Origin: Octopus sinensis
Taxonomy: Eukaryota
DNA length: 64,000 nt
Assembly: GCF_006345805.1 (NCBI RefSeq)
Contig: NC_043008.1
Coordinates: forward strand, 62,868,001-62,932,000
Direction: 5' to 3'
The notes beneath the pieces were generated by a model. That model was not told the DNA's origin. It made no database searches and saw nothing but the letters and a program-made list of their open reading frames with translations. Of this stretch, positions 1 through 14,286 are shown in pieces; position 1 is the stretch's first letter, and every line of letters starts with the position of its first letter. The position numbers and the translations under genes were made by a program.

Positions 1-2099
1 GCCTTTACTCTGGGAGTAGAAACTCCTTTGAAATAAGAAATGGTTTGAATATCATGCAGATGGAACTTTTTTATTTTATTTTAATTATTTATATTGTAGT
101 GGAAATATATAGTCAGTACAAGGTATTCATGTGGCTGTGTATATGTTTTTACAATAGTTCATAAAGCGATAAAGAATAAATTCAAGACCTATATATTTAC
201 TACATAAAAATATATGTTATTTACTGGTCGATGATGATACATAGAATCAAACTGTAGAATCTAGTTGCATGAAGTAATCTATGCAAGAAAGTTCAGAGAT
301 AGAAAATGTAGAAATAACAGCTAAGTGGTGATTATTCAAGAGAAACACTAAGCTTCTTGAATAATTAAGAATCAGGTCCCATGACACAGATGCTTCAAGA
401 AACTAAGAGAAGGGAGGTTACTCTATAATCTTTCTTGCAAGGGAGATAATTTAACAATTTAGCTTCCTAGATCACTACAATATACATGTTGGCTGTGGTT
501 TACATTATGATTTATATATAAATGTTTATACTTGAAATTGGGGGGAGGGCGGTTATATACTTTGTCTATGTTAACTGGTTTTGTTGGATATGTTCTACCT
601 TGAGGTCAGATGTCTTTTTGGAGAGCTCCTGTTATCACTAATTTGGTTTCAAAGAAATTCAATCAGGAATTGACCATCATGGCAATTTACCAAGTATAAC
701 ACTTTATAAAGTGATCACTGACAGTAAATAATGCATAGCATTCTCCACACTAAATCACATGTAACAAATATTGATTTCAAATTTTTGGCACAAGGCCAGC
801 AAGTTCAGTGGAAGGGCTAAGCTGATTAAATCGACTCCAGTGCTCAACTGGTACTCATTTTATCAACCTCGAAAGGATGAAAGACAAAGCAGAGTTTGAA
901 CTTAGAACATAAAGGCAGACGAAATGCCACTAAGCATTTAGCCCAGCATGCTAATGGTTCTGCCAGTTTGCCACCTGGACATGGAACACATAATGCAAAT
1001 AAATCCTGCAACACAGGTAGACCAGCAATTGATTAGGGGAAGGCTAAGCATCATGTACCATGCTTGTTTCTCTCACTCCTCCCTTCACTCTTGCAACATC
1101 CACACATTTGGTTATTCTACCTTCATTCACTTCTGCCCACTGTGTACCTCGAGGTTCAAGCAGTCATTTGCTCCACCTCAATGAAACCTCACTTTCTCTT
1201 ATAAAATGTGTGTAGTCATGTGGGCCTTCTATAGCAAGAAACCTGTTCCACTCTGACCTCTTCTTTCATACTTAAACCTCTTATTTCCTGGAATAAAGTT
1301 GCCTCCCTTTGGTTTCATAGTCTGGCAAGCTGCATGGCAAACTCACTAGTGCTGTTGGCATGCAAAATGCACTCAGTACATACTGTAAAATGCTTGACGT
1401 CAGGAACGACAACCAGCTACAGAGATCATGTCAAAATAGAGAGTGGAGTATGATCCAGTTGTTGAATCTGTTAGGTCCAGTCAAATGATCTGACAAATGA
1501 CAGCATAGAACAACGATTTTAAATGATGATGATGATGATGATAATGATGATGACGACGACGATGACGATGACGACGACGATGACGACGACGATGATGATG
1601 AAATATATTAAGTGAAGGAAATATATTAGGTTATGAAACCACATACACAAATAGTCTGAAGAACATTTACTGCTATCTTTCAATAATGACTATACAATCC
1701 AATGTCCTTCCTTTCTTTTGACATGAGAGGATACAAGTTGAAAAGAATTTGATTGCTATTTCTGCAGCTCTATTGACTACATTGAAACTAACTTGTTGGT
1801 TTGATATCTTCACTCAAATGAAATGGGAGTGCATATTTTGTTTTTCTTTTTTATCATCTTACATCTGTTTATTCATATTAACATGGGTTAGACAAGTATA
1901 TTATCGAGGTATTGTTTTATAGCCATACCATATTTTGTTACTAATCTTTTAAATGAAAACAGGTTGCTGAGATTATGCATTCAAATTATTTATTAATTGT
2001 TATAATGTGAATATTTTATATTTAGAAGACATATGGCCTTTCCATTTTTCAATGCAAGGACCCTATTAAGCATGCTACTGATCGGATAATGAATATTCT

Positions 2100-2560
2100 C
2101 TTGCAGAATTTCTTACCAAGTTTCATGCAGTAATCTTCAAAGATCTGGCTTTGAAGATGCTTTCTTGTTCTTTTTATGAAGTGTCCTGTCCATTATGCTC
2201 CAGAGGTATTCAATAAGGTTCATATCTGGTGACTGGCTTGGCCATGAAAGCATTTTAATGCCATTCTCATCCAACAAATCTTCGGTCGTTTTAGCCATTT
2301 GACAAAGAACCTCAGCTTCCATAAATAAAGACTTCTTTAATCATTTCACCATCGAAGAAGATTGGAAGGTGTCCTTTCTGTAATATGGACACATATTTAT
2401 CTGAGTTTATGTTTCCCTCACACTCCACCAGCTCTGAGCAATCATTGTTCTAAATTGTTCCCCAGACCATCACAGAATAGCTTCCATGTTTCATTGTTGG
2501 CTGCAATCTTTTCAGATCAAATTTTTTATCACAGAGTCTCCAGACCCATGCTCAACCACT
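2100..2560 (-). mobile_element. Tc1-family transposase relic (DDE region)
   Basis: Minus-strand translation gives [15 protein letters not shown], then GNINSDKYVSILQ, then ORF 2137-2322 with WPSQSPDMNLIEYLW, which are typical Tc1 catalytic-domain motifs; stops and frameshifts present. Confidence 0.85.
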
Positions 2561-2648
2561 GTCAGGAAATACAGCAAATCTGAAGTTAGAATAAGCATAA
2601 AACGAGGTTTTATGGGATGACTATTTACTTCTATCATGTCTGTGTGTA

Positions 2649-2695
<47 letters not shown>

Positions 2696-2934
2696 AGTTC
2701 CCTACAGCTGTTTCAGGTATGTTTTCTTTTATTGATGAACAAATCACATCATGTAATAAAATTGTTTAGGATTTTTCACAAAAATAACATAAAATGCGTA
2801 TTGACTCTCTCATCTTGGTGCTGGTATATATAATAACAGAGCAGTACAATTGGAAAAGATCTTTGTACTGGCAAATAGTTAACATAAAGCATGTACTTAG
2901 CTTGTATGGATGACATAAAGTGGATGATATTTGA

Positions 2935-3016
2935 TCAACAAAGTTTCTTTACACACTTCATCTTATAACGAATTTGATGGAAATTTTGATAAGATTCACT
3001 GCTTCTATTCAGCACA
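2935..3016 (-). pseudogene. Exon-like segment of unidentified (decayed) gene
   Basis: Acceptor ctttgttgctaaacag, then T-GTG... VLNRSSESYQNFHQIRYKMKCVKKLC-TGA; phase-compatible with the donor at 3552; frame stays open for about 40 codons after the TGA. Confidence 0.35.
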
Positions 3017-3551
3017 CTGTTTAGCAACAAAGATTGCTAATTATGCAATAATAAATTGATAAGGTAAATCGAGAAGGTAAATCTGCACTACATATATTTC
3101 CAAATAGGAAGACAGACTTATGCAACAGGCTTCTTTCCGTTTCATTTTACCAAATTCACCCACAACCTTTGGTTAGCCTGGAGGTATAACATAAGACACT
3201 GGCCCAAGAATCTATATTGTGTAAAATAAATTACTTAGTTTTCTAATTCATAATAAAAATGTTGAGACATTTTACACAACATCTTTCTATTTTGCTGCAT
3301 AAGGTATCACAACAGAAAACTGGGTGCTTTGTTTCACACAGTATTACATAATGCAGCCATAGAAATAGACTAAATCTATGTAGAGAGTCTTGAAGTCTAT
3401 TTTTGATTTTAATGTATATTGATAGATGTATTTTCTGATTTAATTTTAGTCTGCACCTAAACTCTCTAAACAATTCTTAAAATTGACACAGGGAATTCTA
3501 TAATATTTGTAAAATGAAAATAATTTCTGAAATCATATATATTTACATTAC

Positions 3552-3845
3552 CTTTCATAATCTTTGGAAACTTCTTTGAAAGACAGCTTGCAGTCATGCA
3601 TATAAATTGCTAGATAATATATTAACCTATCAAAAAAATCAATATAATTTTCTACAGTACTTTTCTGTGAAAATATATCATCATATCTCATCTATAAATC
3701 TTTATTAGAGTGTATTAAAATCTTTTATTATTTTGTTATAAGTTTGGTTCAATGGAAATAAAAGTGAAGTTTTCATCACTTTGGACTTGCTATTACAGTG
3801 CCAAACTATATATTTATCCCAGAAGTCATTAACCTCCACCTTCCA
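3552..3845 (-). pseudogene. Exon-like segment of unidentified (decayed) gene
   Basis: 3664-3552 reads KSTVENYIDFFDRLIYYLAIYMHDCKLSFKEVSKDYE between acceptor ttttcacag and donor AAG|gtaatg; upstream EVNDFWDKYIVWHCNSKSKVMKTSLLFPLNQTYNKIIKDFN lies in a shifted frame. Confidence 0.4.
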
Positions 3846-4050
3846 AAAATAGTGTTAAATAGTGGATATATGGGTATGAAGTTATAAAGTTTGCTTCCCA
3901 AGTACTTGGTTTTGGGTTCAGTTCTACTGCACAGCACCTTGGGCAAGTTTCTTCTATTATAGGAACAAAGTACTTAAAAGATAGTGTGGAATTCTTCTTG
4001 TAAGAAAGAAACCTGTTTCTTACAAAGATCAAAGCTCCATCATTAAGATA

Positions 4051-4490
4051 TACTCTTTTGCTTGTTTCAGTCATTTGACTGTGGCCATGCTGGAGCACTG
4101 CCTTTAGTCGAGCAAATCGACCCCAAGACTTACTCTTTGTAAGCCTAGAACTTATTCTAACGGTTTCTTTTGCCAAACCATTAAGTTACAGGGACATAAA
4201 CACACCACCATCGGTTGTCAAGCAATGTTGGTGGGGACAAACACAGACACACAAACATATACACACACATACATATATATACATATATATTTTTCTTTAT
4301 TGCCTACAAGGGGCTAAACATATATATACATATATACAACAGGCGTCTTTCAGTTTCCATCTACCAAATCCACTCACAAGGTTTTGATCAGCCCAAGACT
4401 ATAGTAGGAGACACTTGCCCAAGGTGCCACACAATGGGACAGAACCTGGAACCATGTGGTTTGTAAGCAAGCTACTTACCACACAGCCAA
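4051..4490 (-). mobile_element. tRNA-derived SINE family A
   Basis: Reverse complement of the family consensus (A box TGGCTGTGTGG, B box GGTTCAGTCCC, internal TA/TG microsatellite, tail CAGTCAAATGACTGAAACAAGTAAAAGAG). Confidence 0.9.
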
Positions 4491-4499
4491 AGTCCTGCA

Positions 4500-6320
4500 T
4501 ATTTTTGTATGCCCCACTTAATGATTGTATTTTGTAATGTGTGTGTTAGGTAGTTGATGTTTTTCTTTCTGAAAGCTCCTGCTCTTCCATATCATCAATT
4601 AGACCTTTATTAACACAACCAAGTGCTCATTCTTACATTCCTTTTTTAACACTTGCCTACACATTACTCACTTTGTTGTTGAACTTGCAATGATCCTGGA
4701 AGAATTGTTTGAGATAGTTTTTATAAAATTTTATATAATGTTTAGGCAACCAATGAGCATATAGTTTTCTACCAACTCAGTTTTGTTCTTGGTTACATGA
4801 ATCATCCAAGTTAAAGCAAGACAATTTGGTAAGTCAGTCTCCCATTACATAGTTCTTAAGAGCATATATATATATATACACACATAATAATAATAATAAT
4901 ATTAGGAAGTATAACTCCAAAATTACAGGGAAAAATTCAATTTAGTATTAAATCAAATTTCACAGTATAAATATATAAAATATAAATTAGAGATAAAACC
5001 ACTTTTATGCAATAAATTATGTTATTTATGTATTGGCTTATGTCTATCACTGTTTGGGTTGCATAATAGTGGTTTTTGTCTCTAATTTATATCTTATATT
5101 TCATATATACACATATATACATACATACACACACACATATATTAAAAGCGTTCTTTAGTAGATCAGCCTCTTTTACTAGTATCCAACTGTTAAGTCTTCC
5201 CTTTATGTGGCTTACTAACAGCCATGGTGAAATTTTCATGCACAATTGTATTTGTTTTACTATTGATGTTGTACAACATTCTTTCATCACTGTCATCATC
5301 ATCATCATCATCATCATCATTTAGCGGCCGTTCTCCATGCTAGCATGGGTTGGACGGTTCAACTGGGGTCTGTGAAGCTGGAAGGCTTCATCAGGCCCAG
5401 TCAGATCTGGCAGTGTTTCTACGGCTGGATGCCCTTCCTAACGCCAACCACTCCGTGAGTGTAGTGGGTGCTTTTTACATGCCACCCGCACAGGTGCCAG
5501 ACAGAGCTGGCAAACGGCCATGAACGGATGGTGCTTTTACGTGTCACCGGCACGGAGCCAGGCGAGGCTGGCAACGGACACGAACGGATGGTGCTTTTAC
5601 GTGCCACCAACACGGGGGCCAGACAGAGCTGGCAAACGGCCACAGTCAAAATGCATTCAGATTGAAATCACTCCTTTCATTTCAAATTTTAGACCAGAAT
5701 GATCTGAAATCTTGCTGAGAAAAAGCTTCTTACTGGTAATATTTGTTTTCCTTATCTCCCAGTATAATGCTTATGGCTTGGAAGCAAACTTGTGATTTAG
5801 CCAAATTCCATCAAATATTTTTTTTTCTAATAGTAACAAAGTTTTCCCTCAGTGTCAGGAGTTTGTGCTTTGATGTGATTAATTTTCCCTCAAGATTTTG
5901 CTGTGAAGGGCTGCCATATAATTTAGTTATATTTTTCATAGGATGTAATTGGTGAGGTGAGAATACATTATTTCACTGAAATTTTATTATTGAAGTTAAC
6001 CATCCGGTATAATGGCATGGATTGTTGTTTTCTTCTAGTTTTGTTTTCAACTTCTGCTCAGTAATTCATTACTGTGTACACCGTCTATCTGGAAAATCAT
6101 TAACACATGCACTGCAGGTTCCCCTAATGTGTTCTGTAAGAATAATGCAGTTGTGTATAGGAAGGTATTAATTGTCCAGTAATTAATAGCATGTAATTTC
6201 ATATGCTCTCTTGCAATTTCATCAATAACTTTTAAAATGAGAGCAGTTCGCTGTTTCTTTAATCTTGTTGAGAATGACCTGACTCTGAAAGACTGCTTGG
6301 AAAAATATTTTACAAACGGT
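4500..6320 (-). mobile_element. Old R4/Dong-like (REL-type) LINE relic, interrupted by younger repeats
   Basis: Minus-strand pieces EIAREHMKLHAINYWTINTFLYTTAL and KNKTELVENYMLIGCLNII resemble the pre-RT and NYRPITCL regions of R4-clade ORF2 in the expected order; heavily decayed. Confidence 0.45.
5290..5650 (-). mobile_element. 3' end of RTE LINE with (GAT)n tail and ~59-bp tandem units
   Basis: Matches the 3' UTR and tail of the RTE at 62251-64000; three tandem units at about 5478-5645. Related ends at about 1340-1600, 29460-29620, 40010-40200, 47500-47715 and 55965-56130. Confidence 0.85.
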
Positions 6321-7139
6321 ATTTTATGAAAAATATTTTATGAAAATATAGGAAATTTTCTAAAGTTGAAAATATTCCATAGTCATTTCCCTTAAATCAG
6401 TTACATGGAGTTATATGAGAGTTTAGTGATGGCAACCACAATATGTTTACATTAATTTCAAACTCACATGGTAAGTTTTGGTTGGTTATTATGGTTTCAA
6501 GAAGATCAAGGGCCATCGCAAAAAATTAGAATAACATTTGCTATTTGTAACATGCATTTTATTTTTTTACCAGACAGAAACATGTTGCTGAAGTTGTTTT
6601 GTCATAAAATAGTTTAAGATTGGGCAAACTTCATCCTGGCATTCCTTAGCTGTTTCACAAAGCAGATAGAATAGTCATCTCAGACTTTTCGTAGTACATA
6701 TACTTATGTTTATATGCATGAATGTATCTGTGTATTTTTTGTGTATATTTGTGTATGCATGTGGGTGTGTGTGCATATGTGCTTATGCTTGCCTGTGTCT
6801 GTGCATTTGCTAACATTTCTGCCCTGCAAAAGCTGTCATCTCTGAGCAGCATTGTTGCTCCATCTCCTTCAACAATTTTCCATTGACATCATGCCTTGAA
6901 AGACGTGTGATATAAAAGATTATTCTTTAAGGAATGGGTAAAGGTTAGCAATAGGAAAAGCATTAAACAGTAAAAGAATTCTAATATATTCTTCTAGCTT
7001 ATGCAGGGCTTAGATAAAGTCCATCATTATCTTCAAAAATTTCAAAATAAATATCACATTCTTTACATATTCTACACAATATTCATATGCAAAATACCCA
7101 TGTGTTATTAACTGAAAATCATAACAGAGGGAAAATAAT

Positions 7140-7360
7140 TGAATGCAAATATAATAAAATAACCATGATATAAAAAACTATGTGAAAGCCTAGAAGCTGC
7201 TCAAAGGCTCACAAATACCTTAAATCTGAATGCTTTCTAGATTACGTCTGAGGCCGATAGAAAACTTCGCAAGGACCCACCCTGCTCTAGAAGCTGAAAA
7301 TATCTTACACATCAACTCTCTAAACAGAGATTTGCATTGATATTCTCTCCATATATTGTA
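7140..7360 (+). mobile_element. Possible Penelope-like element GIY-YIG C-terminal relic
   Basis: Fragments EADRKLRK and LEAENILHINSLNRDL resemble the end of PLE GIY-YIG domains; short and degenerate. Confidence 0.3.
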
Positions 7361-7459
7361 TTTACCTTACAAAAGAAAGTGAACCAATGTATATTACTTT
7401 CACACATATTGAAGATGCCATGAAGACGCACAAGTTATATAGTTCTTAATTAAAAATTT

Positions 7460-7890
<431 letters not shown>

Positions 7891-8171
7891 ATGTCTGCAT
7901 ATACTGCTTCACTATTTATACAAGATATCATTTATTTATACTGAAATATTCTTTCCCCAAGTGTAAAGAAAAGTAGTACCAAAGCAGAGGAAATCAATTA
8001 ATATTTTTAACCATTCTATACACTCTTAACCTATTTGATATTGATATGCTTGGGACTGTCTCTTTGTTCTGACTCAAACTATCTGTTTAAAGGGATCTAG
8101 ATTAAAATATTCCTTTGAATTTTGAGGTAATTTGTTTCAAACACCCACTTAACTAATAATCCTTTCTGATA

Positions 8172-8565
8172 TAGGCATATGCTACTTACTGTGTGGTAAG
8201 TAGCTTGCTTACCAACCACATGGTTCCAGGTTCAGTCCCACTGCGTGGCACATTGGGCAAGTGTCTTCTGCTATAGCCTCGGGCCGACCAAAGCCTTGTG
8301 AGTGGATTTGGTTGATGGAAACTGAAAGAAGATCGTCGTATATATATATATATATGTTTGTGTGTCTGTGTTTATCCCCCCCAACATCACTTGAAAACTG
8401 ATGCTGATGTGTTTACGTCACCGTAACTTAGCAGTTCAACAAAAGAGACTGATAGAATAAGTGCTAGGCTTACAAAGAATAAGTCCTGGGGTCGATGTGC
8501 TCGACTAAAAGGCGGTGCTCCAGCATGGCCACAGTCAGATGACTGAAAAAAGTAAAAGAGTAAAG
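8172..8565 (+). mobile_element. tRNA-derived SINE family A
   Basis: Matches the family consensus; further copies at about 13258-13665, 20668-21010, 26620-27002, 28825-29222(-), 34436-34880, 40860-41310, 46318-46990 (two) and 53175-53580. Confidence 0.9.
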
Positions 8566-9559
8566 GACTGAAATTTTCGTGACAGCAACTAGTTGATTCC
8601 ATTGACTCCAGCACTCAACTGGTTCTTATTTTATTGAACCCAAATGAATGAAAGCAAAGTTGACTTTGGTGGTATTTGAACTCCAAACCTAAAGTTAGAA
8701 GAAATACCATAAAGTGTATGGTGTGCTAACGGTTCTGCTACCTCACGAACTCACTAATGAAGTTATTTTGATGATTTCTGTTTTTAATTTGTTTAAATTT
8801 AAATGCGAATTGAAACAAAATTTCTTTATTTCAACAGAAATAAGGCAACAATATATGGAATATACTTTTGTATCATATTTTACTTAATCAATGTTGTCAG
8901 AACATTCCCTAAATTCATAAACTGTATTTGTGAATATTGCTCCCTAATCTGCTACTCAGCTTCTTATAACAAGACAGCTGACCCTTATAGATTAATCTTG
9001 ACCACTTGTTTAGCCCAGTTTCTATACATGTCCATTTTAGTTAGTATGCCTCTTCTTTTCTCTCACCTTTATGTTCCCCAGTGTCTCTGCTCTCTTTGAT
9101 GTCTCTAATCCATTCATTGTATTTAATAAACAGAAATTATTCGTTTGCTTTGATGCCTTTATATCTGTCCTCCCCCTCATAGACATCTTAGACAATTTTA
9201 TTAATTTCCCCTTCCACTAAGCCTCTGACATACAAGCTACTCACTTCAAGAGCTCTTGTCTTTTCCCTCTCCTCAGTTCGATTTATTTATAGGCTTATTA
9301 TCAACAGATATCCTGAATCATTTAGGAAGTTGGTAATACAAAGAAACTCACTAATGTGAAAGGCATTTTTATCCTAATGCAGAAGCGAAGGTGTTGCTAT
9401 ATAAGCTGAATTGTAAGCAACCCAGGTATGGGAGTATCATCTCTTGAGGTCTGAACAAATCTGATTTTCTCCAGAAAGTAGAAGAATCAATCTCAAATAG
9501 TAGACTAGTACATTATTTATTTACCGCAAACTGTGATGTTGCATGGACATAGTGTAGGT

Positions 9560-9960
9560 TTTGCTCCTCTGTATGCAGTAGCCAAATTGACTATAGCATA
9601 CCTGGAAAGAATTAAGAGAGAAGAGGCTGTTATTTGTAACAAGTAATTCAACTGTGAAAAAAATATTGTGTTGATTCATTGTTACATGACAATTAGAGAG
9701 AGGCTTTGAATATAAGATCAGAAGAGCTTGAAAGAGATAAGAAATTCATGGCTTGTGTGATGAATAGTGTTAACATACATGAAAGGTGGGTTCACACAGG
9801 AGTTGGGTGTTAACAGCTTGACTTAATGTATAGAGTAAAGGTGAATAGGTGTTGTGTCCTTTTTTTTTTTTAGAATGGTTATGCTTGTAAAAACCAAGGA
9901 AGAAATACAAAGAAGTGGTGAGGTCAGATACCTGGAACACTGAATGTTATAAATGGGATG
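9560..9960 (+). mobile_element. Old RTE LINE 3' ORF2 relic
   Basis: Pieces CVDSLLHD, ERDKKFMACVMNSVNIHE and KPRKKYKEVVRSD parallel the C-terminus of ORF 63144-63770. Confidence 0.5.
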
Positions 9961-10669
9961 AAAAGGAACATTGAAGAATAGCTTTATTTTGTGAGGTGTA
10001 TTTGTCTAATGAAGGCACATGGCCTAGTGTTCAGGCTGTTGTGCTCACAATTGCTAAATCATGGGTTCAATCTCCAGACCAAGCAGCCCATTGTGTCCTT
10101 CAGCAAAACACTTTATTTCCTGTTGCCTCAGTTTCCCTTGGCCCAGTTCCCCTTTTGATCAGGGGATGAATGTTGGCCTGCACACCTAGCCAGTGGAGTA
10201 GAGTCTTTCAATGGATAATATGATGCAAAGCGCTTTGTAACTAGTGATGTGTAACATCTGATAGCCTGGTCAGAAGAAGAAGACATTTGCCTAAACTATG
10301 TTGAAATAGAAACTATAAACTTTAAAACATTGACAACAAAGATAATAAAGGCTACAATCACCACTACCACCACCACAACCACCACCACCACCACCAACAA
10401 CAACAACAATGGCAACTTGATGGTGATGTTGGTACTGATTCTGATGCCCAAAATTATTCTGGCAATAAATGATGCAGCAACTACACCCACCACCACGTAA
10501 AGGATGATGATAACAGTTATGATGATAGTTTGGTATATTTAGAAAAAAAACCATTGCTTGTTTTTGAAAACCACTATGCAATATATCAAGGAGAATGGTG
10601 TTACAGAAATTTATCTGCAAGCCAGTGGATAAAATTAAATTTATTTATATCATTTCCTTTCAGTCTTAC

Positions 10670-10700
10670 TTTTGAGATGTTACAAATTTAATAAACCGAT
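10670..10700 (-). other. 31-nt exon-like segment with strong splice signals
   Basis: ttttttctttcaactgcttcag|AT CGG TTT ATT AAA TTT GTA ACA TCT CAA AA|gtaagact; open frame RFIKFVTSQ. Confidence 0.4.
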
Positions 10701-12083
10701 CTGAAGCAGTTGAAAGAAAAAATTCTATTTAAATATAGTAGTTTCATTGTGTTAAACAAGCAAAGGTCGTATTTATAAAAACTTATCTATTTCTTTATAT
10801 GTATATATGAGTTGTGTATGTGTTCATACACTTGATATCAACATTTATGCAATGTGAATCTTTATTTCTTGTACTCTTAAGTTAGGTTTGCTGTGTTTTA
10901 TTACACCACCATATAATGATTTCTTATTTAAGCTCAAGACAAGAATTTTTTCAGTACACGAGTTGAGTGAATTAAATTTACCCCATAATATCAATCTTAT
11001 CATTCTATCGATCTCCAGGTTTGAAATCATTATGCACGGAACTAAAAGAAACATTGCCAAGCATATTCAAACACCCTAGCAATTCTTTTTTTTTTTTTTA
11101 CTTTTCTATTATAGGCAGAAGGCCCAAAAGTTTGGGGGAGGGGCTCAATCAATTAGATCGACCCCAGTATACATCTGGTACTTAATTTATCAACCCTGAA
11201 AGATGAAAGGCAAAATCGACCTCAGCAGAATTTGAACTCAGAATATAAACACAGACGAAATGTCACTAAGCATTTTGACCAGTGTGCTTAAGATTCTACC
11301 ATTTTGCCACCTTACCAAACTATGTAATACTGGTAATGTACCTCAGTATTATTTTTTAGCTAAAGACAAGTTCCTCATCCCTTGTAAAGGATGTATTTCA
11401 ACTATTTTTTTTAAAAAAACCTTCAACCTCAGGGAAAGGACTTGGTTATGACAGTAAACAATAATAATAAAAAAATATATAACCAAAGGGAAGCTATAAT
11501 AACCAGTGTGGATTTTTTCATTAGTGAATGCCATGGTGATCATAGAAATGAGGCAGAGGGTAAAGTCAACAGACAATAATGATAGTACATTCCAGCACAG
11601 ACACATATGGACAACTGAAGCTCAAATGCCACATTCACAAATTTTCTTTCATGGAATAAGCATTTTGTCTAGCATCTTACTTGCACTGTTTTCAATCTAT
11701 GGAATGATTTTACCGAATTTCTACAGTCTTTTTTAATGCCATCGTACTTTCACTCAATAAACTCTTATCTTTAGGTTAGATATTGAAATAACTAGCACAA
11801 AAGCATATTGAAGCCAAAAAAATATAATAACTAACTTTATGGAAAGTAATATTTTGGCTCGGTTAAACAGTATATTTTCATAAACTTGTCATATTGATAT
11901 TGTTATCATTTATTGTAACTGAAATGAAATGCTGCCAGTATGCAGAATTGACTATTGACCAAAATGTCTTTTAACTTTCTTGATTTCCATATAAAATAGA
12001 ATCTGATTGTACTTTTCTGCTTTTATCAGTTTTTTTTTTGTTTTTATACAATTATTTAATTGTGTATATGCATGTGTTTGTTT

Positions 12084-12121
<38 letters not shown>

Positions 12122-12240
12122 ACACATTATCTCTCTTTGTATCTAGCCAGCTAACTATCTATCTCTCTATCCATCTATTTATCTTTCAATATATATATAA
12201 ATATATATATACACACATATATATATACATACATGTATAC

Positions 12241-12293
<53 letters not shown>

Positions 12294-12364
12294 TATATAT
12301 ATATATGTATATATATATGTATATATGTATATATATATATATGTATATATATACATATATATAC

Positions 12365-12410
<46 letters not shown>

Positions 12411-12699
12411 ATGAATATTATATTATGCATGCATGTGTGTGTGTGTGTGTGTGTGCGTGTGTATTTGTAGACGTACACCATTAACCACTTGGGTGACATA
12501 CTTTTCTGAAATGACTGATATCATGAATTTCTAATGTTTCTTACAATAGGATTTATGATGACAGTTACGAAATTGCTGGCATGGTGGAAAAGATTCTCAA
12601 TTACATTACTAAAATACAAAGAACTGAAAATACTAGTATGGACACTTGAAGTCGATATTTATTGATAAATTTAAAGCCTTCTTCTGTGATTATGTAAAA

Positions 12700-12801
12700 C
12701 AACATCATCACAGTCATCATCGTCTTCATCGCCATCGTCGTCATCATCGTTGTCGTCATCATCATCATTTTCATCATCATCATCATCATCACCATCATCA
12801 T

Positions 12802-12850
<49 letters not shown>

Positions 12851-12968
12851 TTCATCGCCATCATTGTCATCATCGTTATCATCATCATCATCATCTTCAT
12901 CTCCATCGTTGTCATCATCATTCTCGTCATTGTCATCATCATTATCATCGTCTTTATCTCCATCGTTG

Positions 12969-13003
<35 letters not shown>

Positions 13004-13010
13004 TCCATCC
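12700..13010. repeat. Degenerate (ATC)n trinucleotide tract
   Basis: Direct inspection; source of the poly-H/S/D/M ORFs at 12601-13142. Confidence 0.95.
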
Positions 13011-13011
13011 T

Positions 13012-13198
13012 TTAGCAGGCATCTTCTATATTGGCATAGCCTAGAAGATCCATCAGTATCCAACAAGCTAAAGAACCACAGTGCATCTTCTTTATCCTCT
13101 TTGGCATTGTTTTTTGCAGTTTTATGTCCTCCCTTATGCTAACTACTTTATGGAATATACTGACTGCTCTTTTCTTTGCACCAGTATTAGTGAGGTCA
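13012..13198 (-). pseudogene. Exon-like segment of unidentified (decayed) gene
   Basis: Acceptor ttttttatgtgttgccaattctttag, then a 62-codon open frame DLTNTGAKKRAVSIFHKVVSIREDIK... Confidence 0.35.
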
Positions 13199-14214
13199 CT
13201 AAAGAATTGGCAACACATAAAAAATAATAAACTAAATATTTTTTATATATATTTTCTAGTAGGAGTGGCTGTGTGGTAAGTAGCTTGCTTACCAGCCACA
13301 TGGTTTCGGGTTCAGTCCCACTGCGTGGCACCTTGGGCAAGTGTCTTCTACTGTAGCTTCAGGCTGACCAAAGCCTTGTGAGTGGATTTGGTAAATGGAA
13401 ACTGAAAGAAGCCGTTGTATATATGTATATGTATATTTATGTGTATATATTTGTGTGTCTGTGTTTGTCCTCCAAAATCGCTTGACAACCGATGGTGGTG
13501 TGTTTACGTACTCGTAACTTAGTGGATCAGCAATAGAGACTGATAGAATAAGTACTAGACTTACAAAGAATAAATCCTGGGGTCGATTTGCTCGACTAAA
13601 GGCAGTGCTCCAGCATGGCTACAGTCAAATGACTGAAACAAGTAAAAATGTAAAAGGGTAAAAGAGTAATGATGTGAATGGTAACTAAATTTAGCGATAA
13701 TTATCCAGCATTATCCAAATCAATAATTACTCCCAATTCATTAAACCCATTTGACTCATTCTGCAGAATGTCTTTTAATGTATTTAGTTTTTAGATAAGC
13801 CAGATAAAACTGCACCATATGTAATAAGATTGCTGGCTAATTTTTCTCAACCACAAGTGTTAATTAATATTTTACAATGGCAATGATTGATCTAGTGATT
13901 CTCTGCAAAATTTATAATGGTTATATCTAAGAAGCAAATATTTCTAGGTTAATTGGCATTCTCATTTTTGAACATATTACAAAAAATTTTTGCTGACAAA
14001 AATGCTGAGTCAGTTGTTTTAGATTTAACGTTTCAAAAGACATCAGTTCGTATTGCTAAAACACACCTTGACAAAAATGCAGATTACCTTCAATTCAAAT
14101 GGAATATTTGGAGGTTAATTTACATATATACTACTTTGAATTTAGTTTCTTGTAATTAACATTGTAACACTTAAAAGTTCTAACATATAGTATCTAATAG
14201 TAGCTGGTCTCTCG

Positions 14215-14286
14215 GCCGTGATCATCTAGTGGTTAGGACCCCACGTTGTGGCCGTGGTAATCCAGGTTCGAATCCTGGTCACAGCA
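14215..14286 (+). tRNA. tRNA-His-GTG: tRNA-His (GUG), variant or pseudogene with two stem mismatches
   Basis: 72-nt cloverleaf: anticodon arm CCACG-TTGTGGC-CGTGG, T arm CCAGG-TTCGAAT-CCTGG; C3:A70 and A10:C25 mismatches (CpG>CpA type); TTTT at 14302-14305. Confidence 0.85.

Noticed and set aside
12601-13142. Poly-M/H/D/S ORFs (also 31940-32796, 61567-61981)
   Set aside because: Reading frames of degenerate (ATC)n tracts; no independent coding evidence
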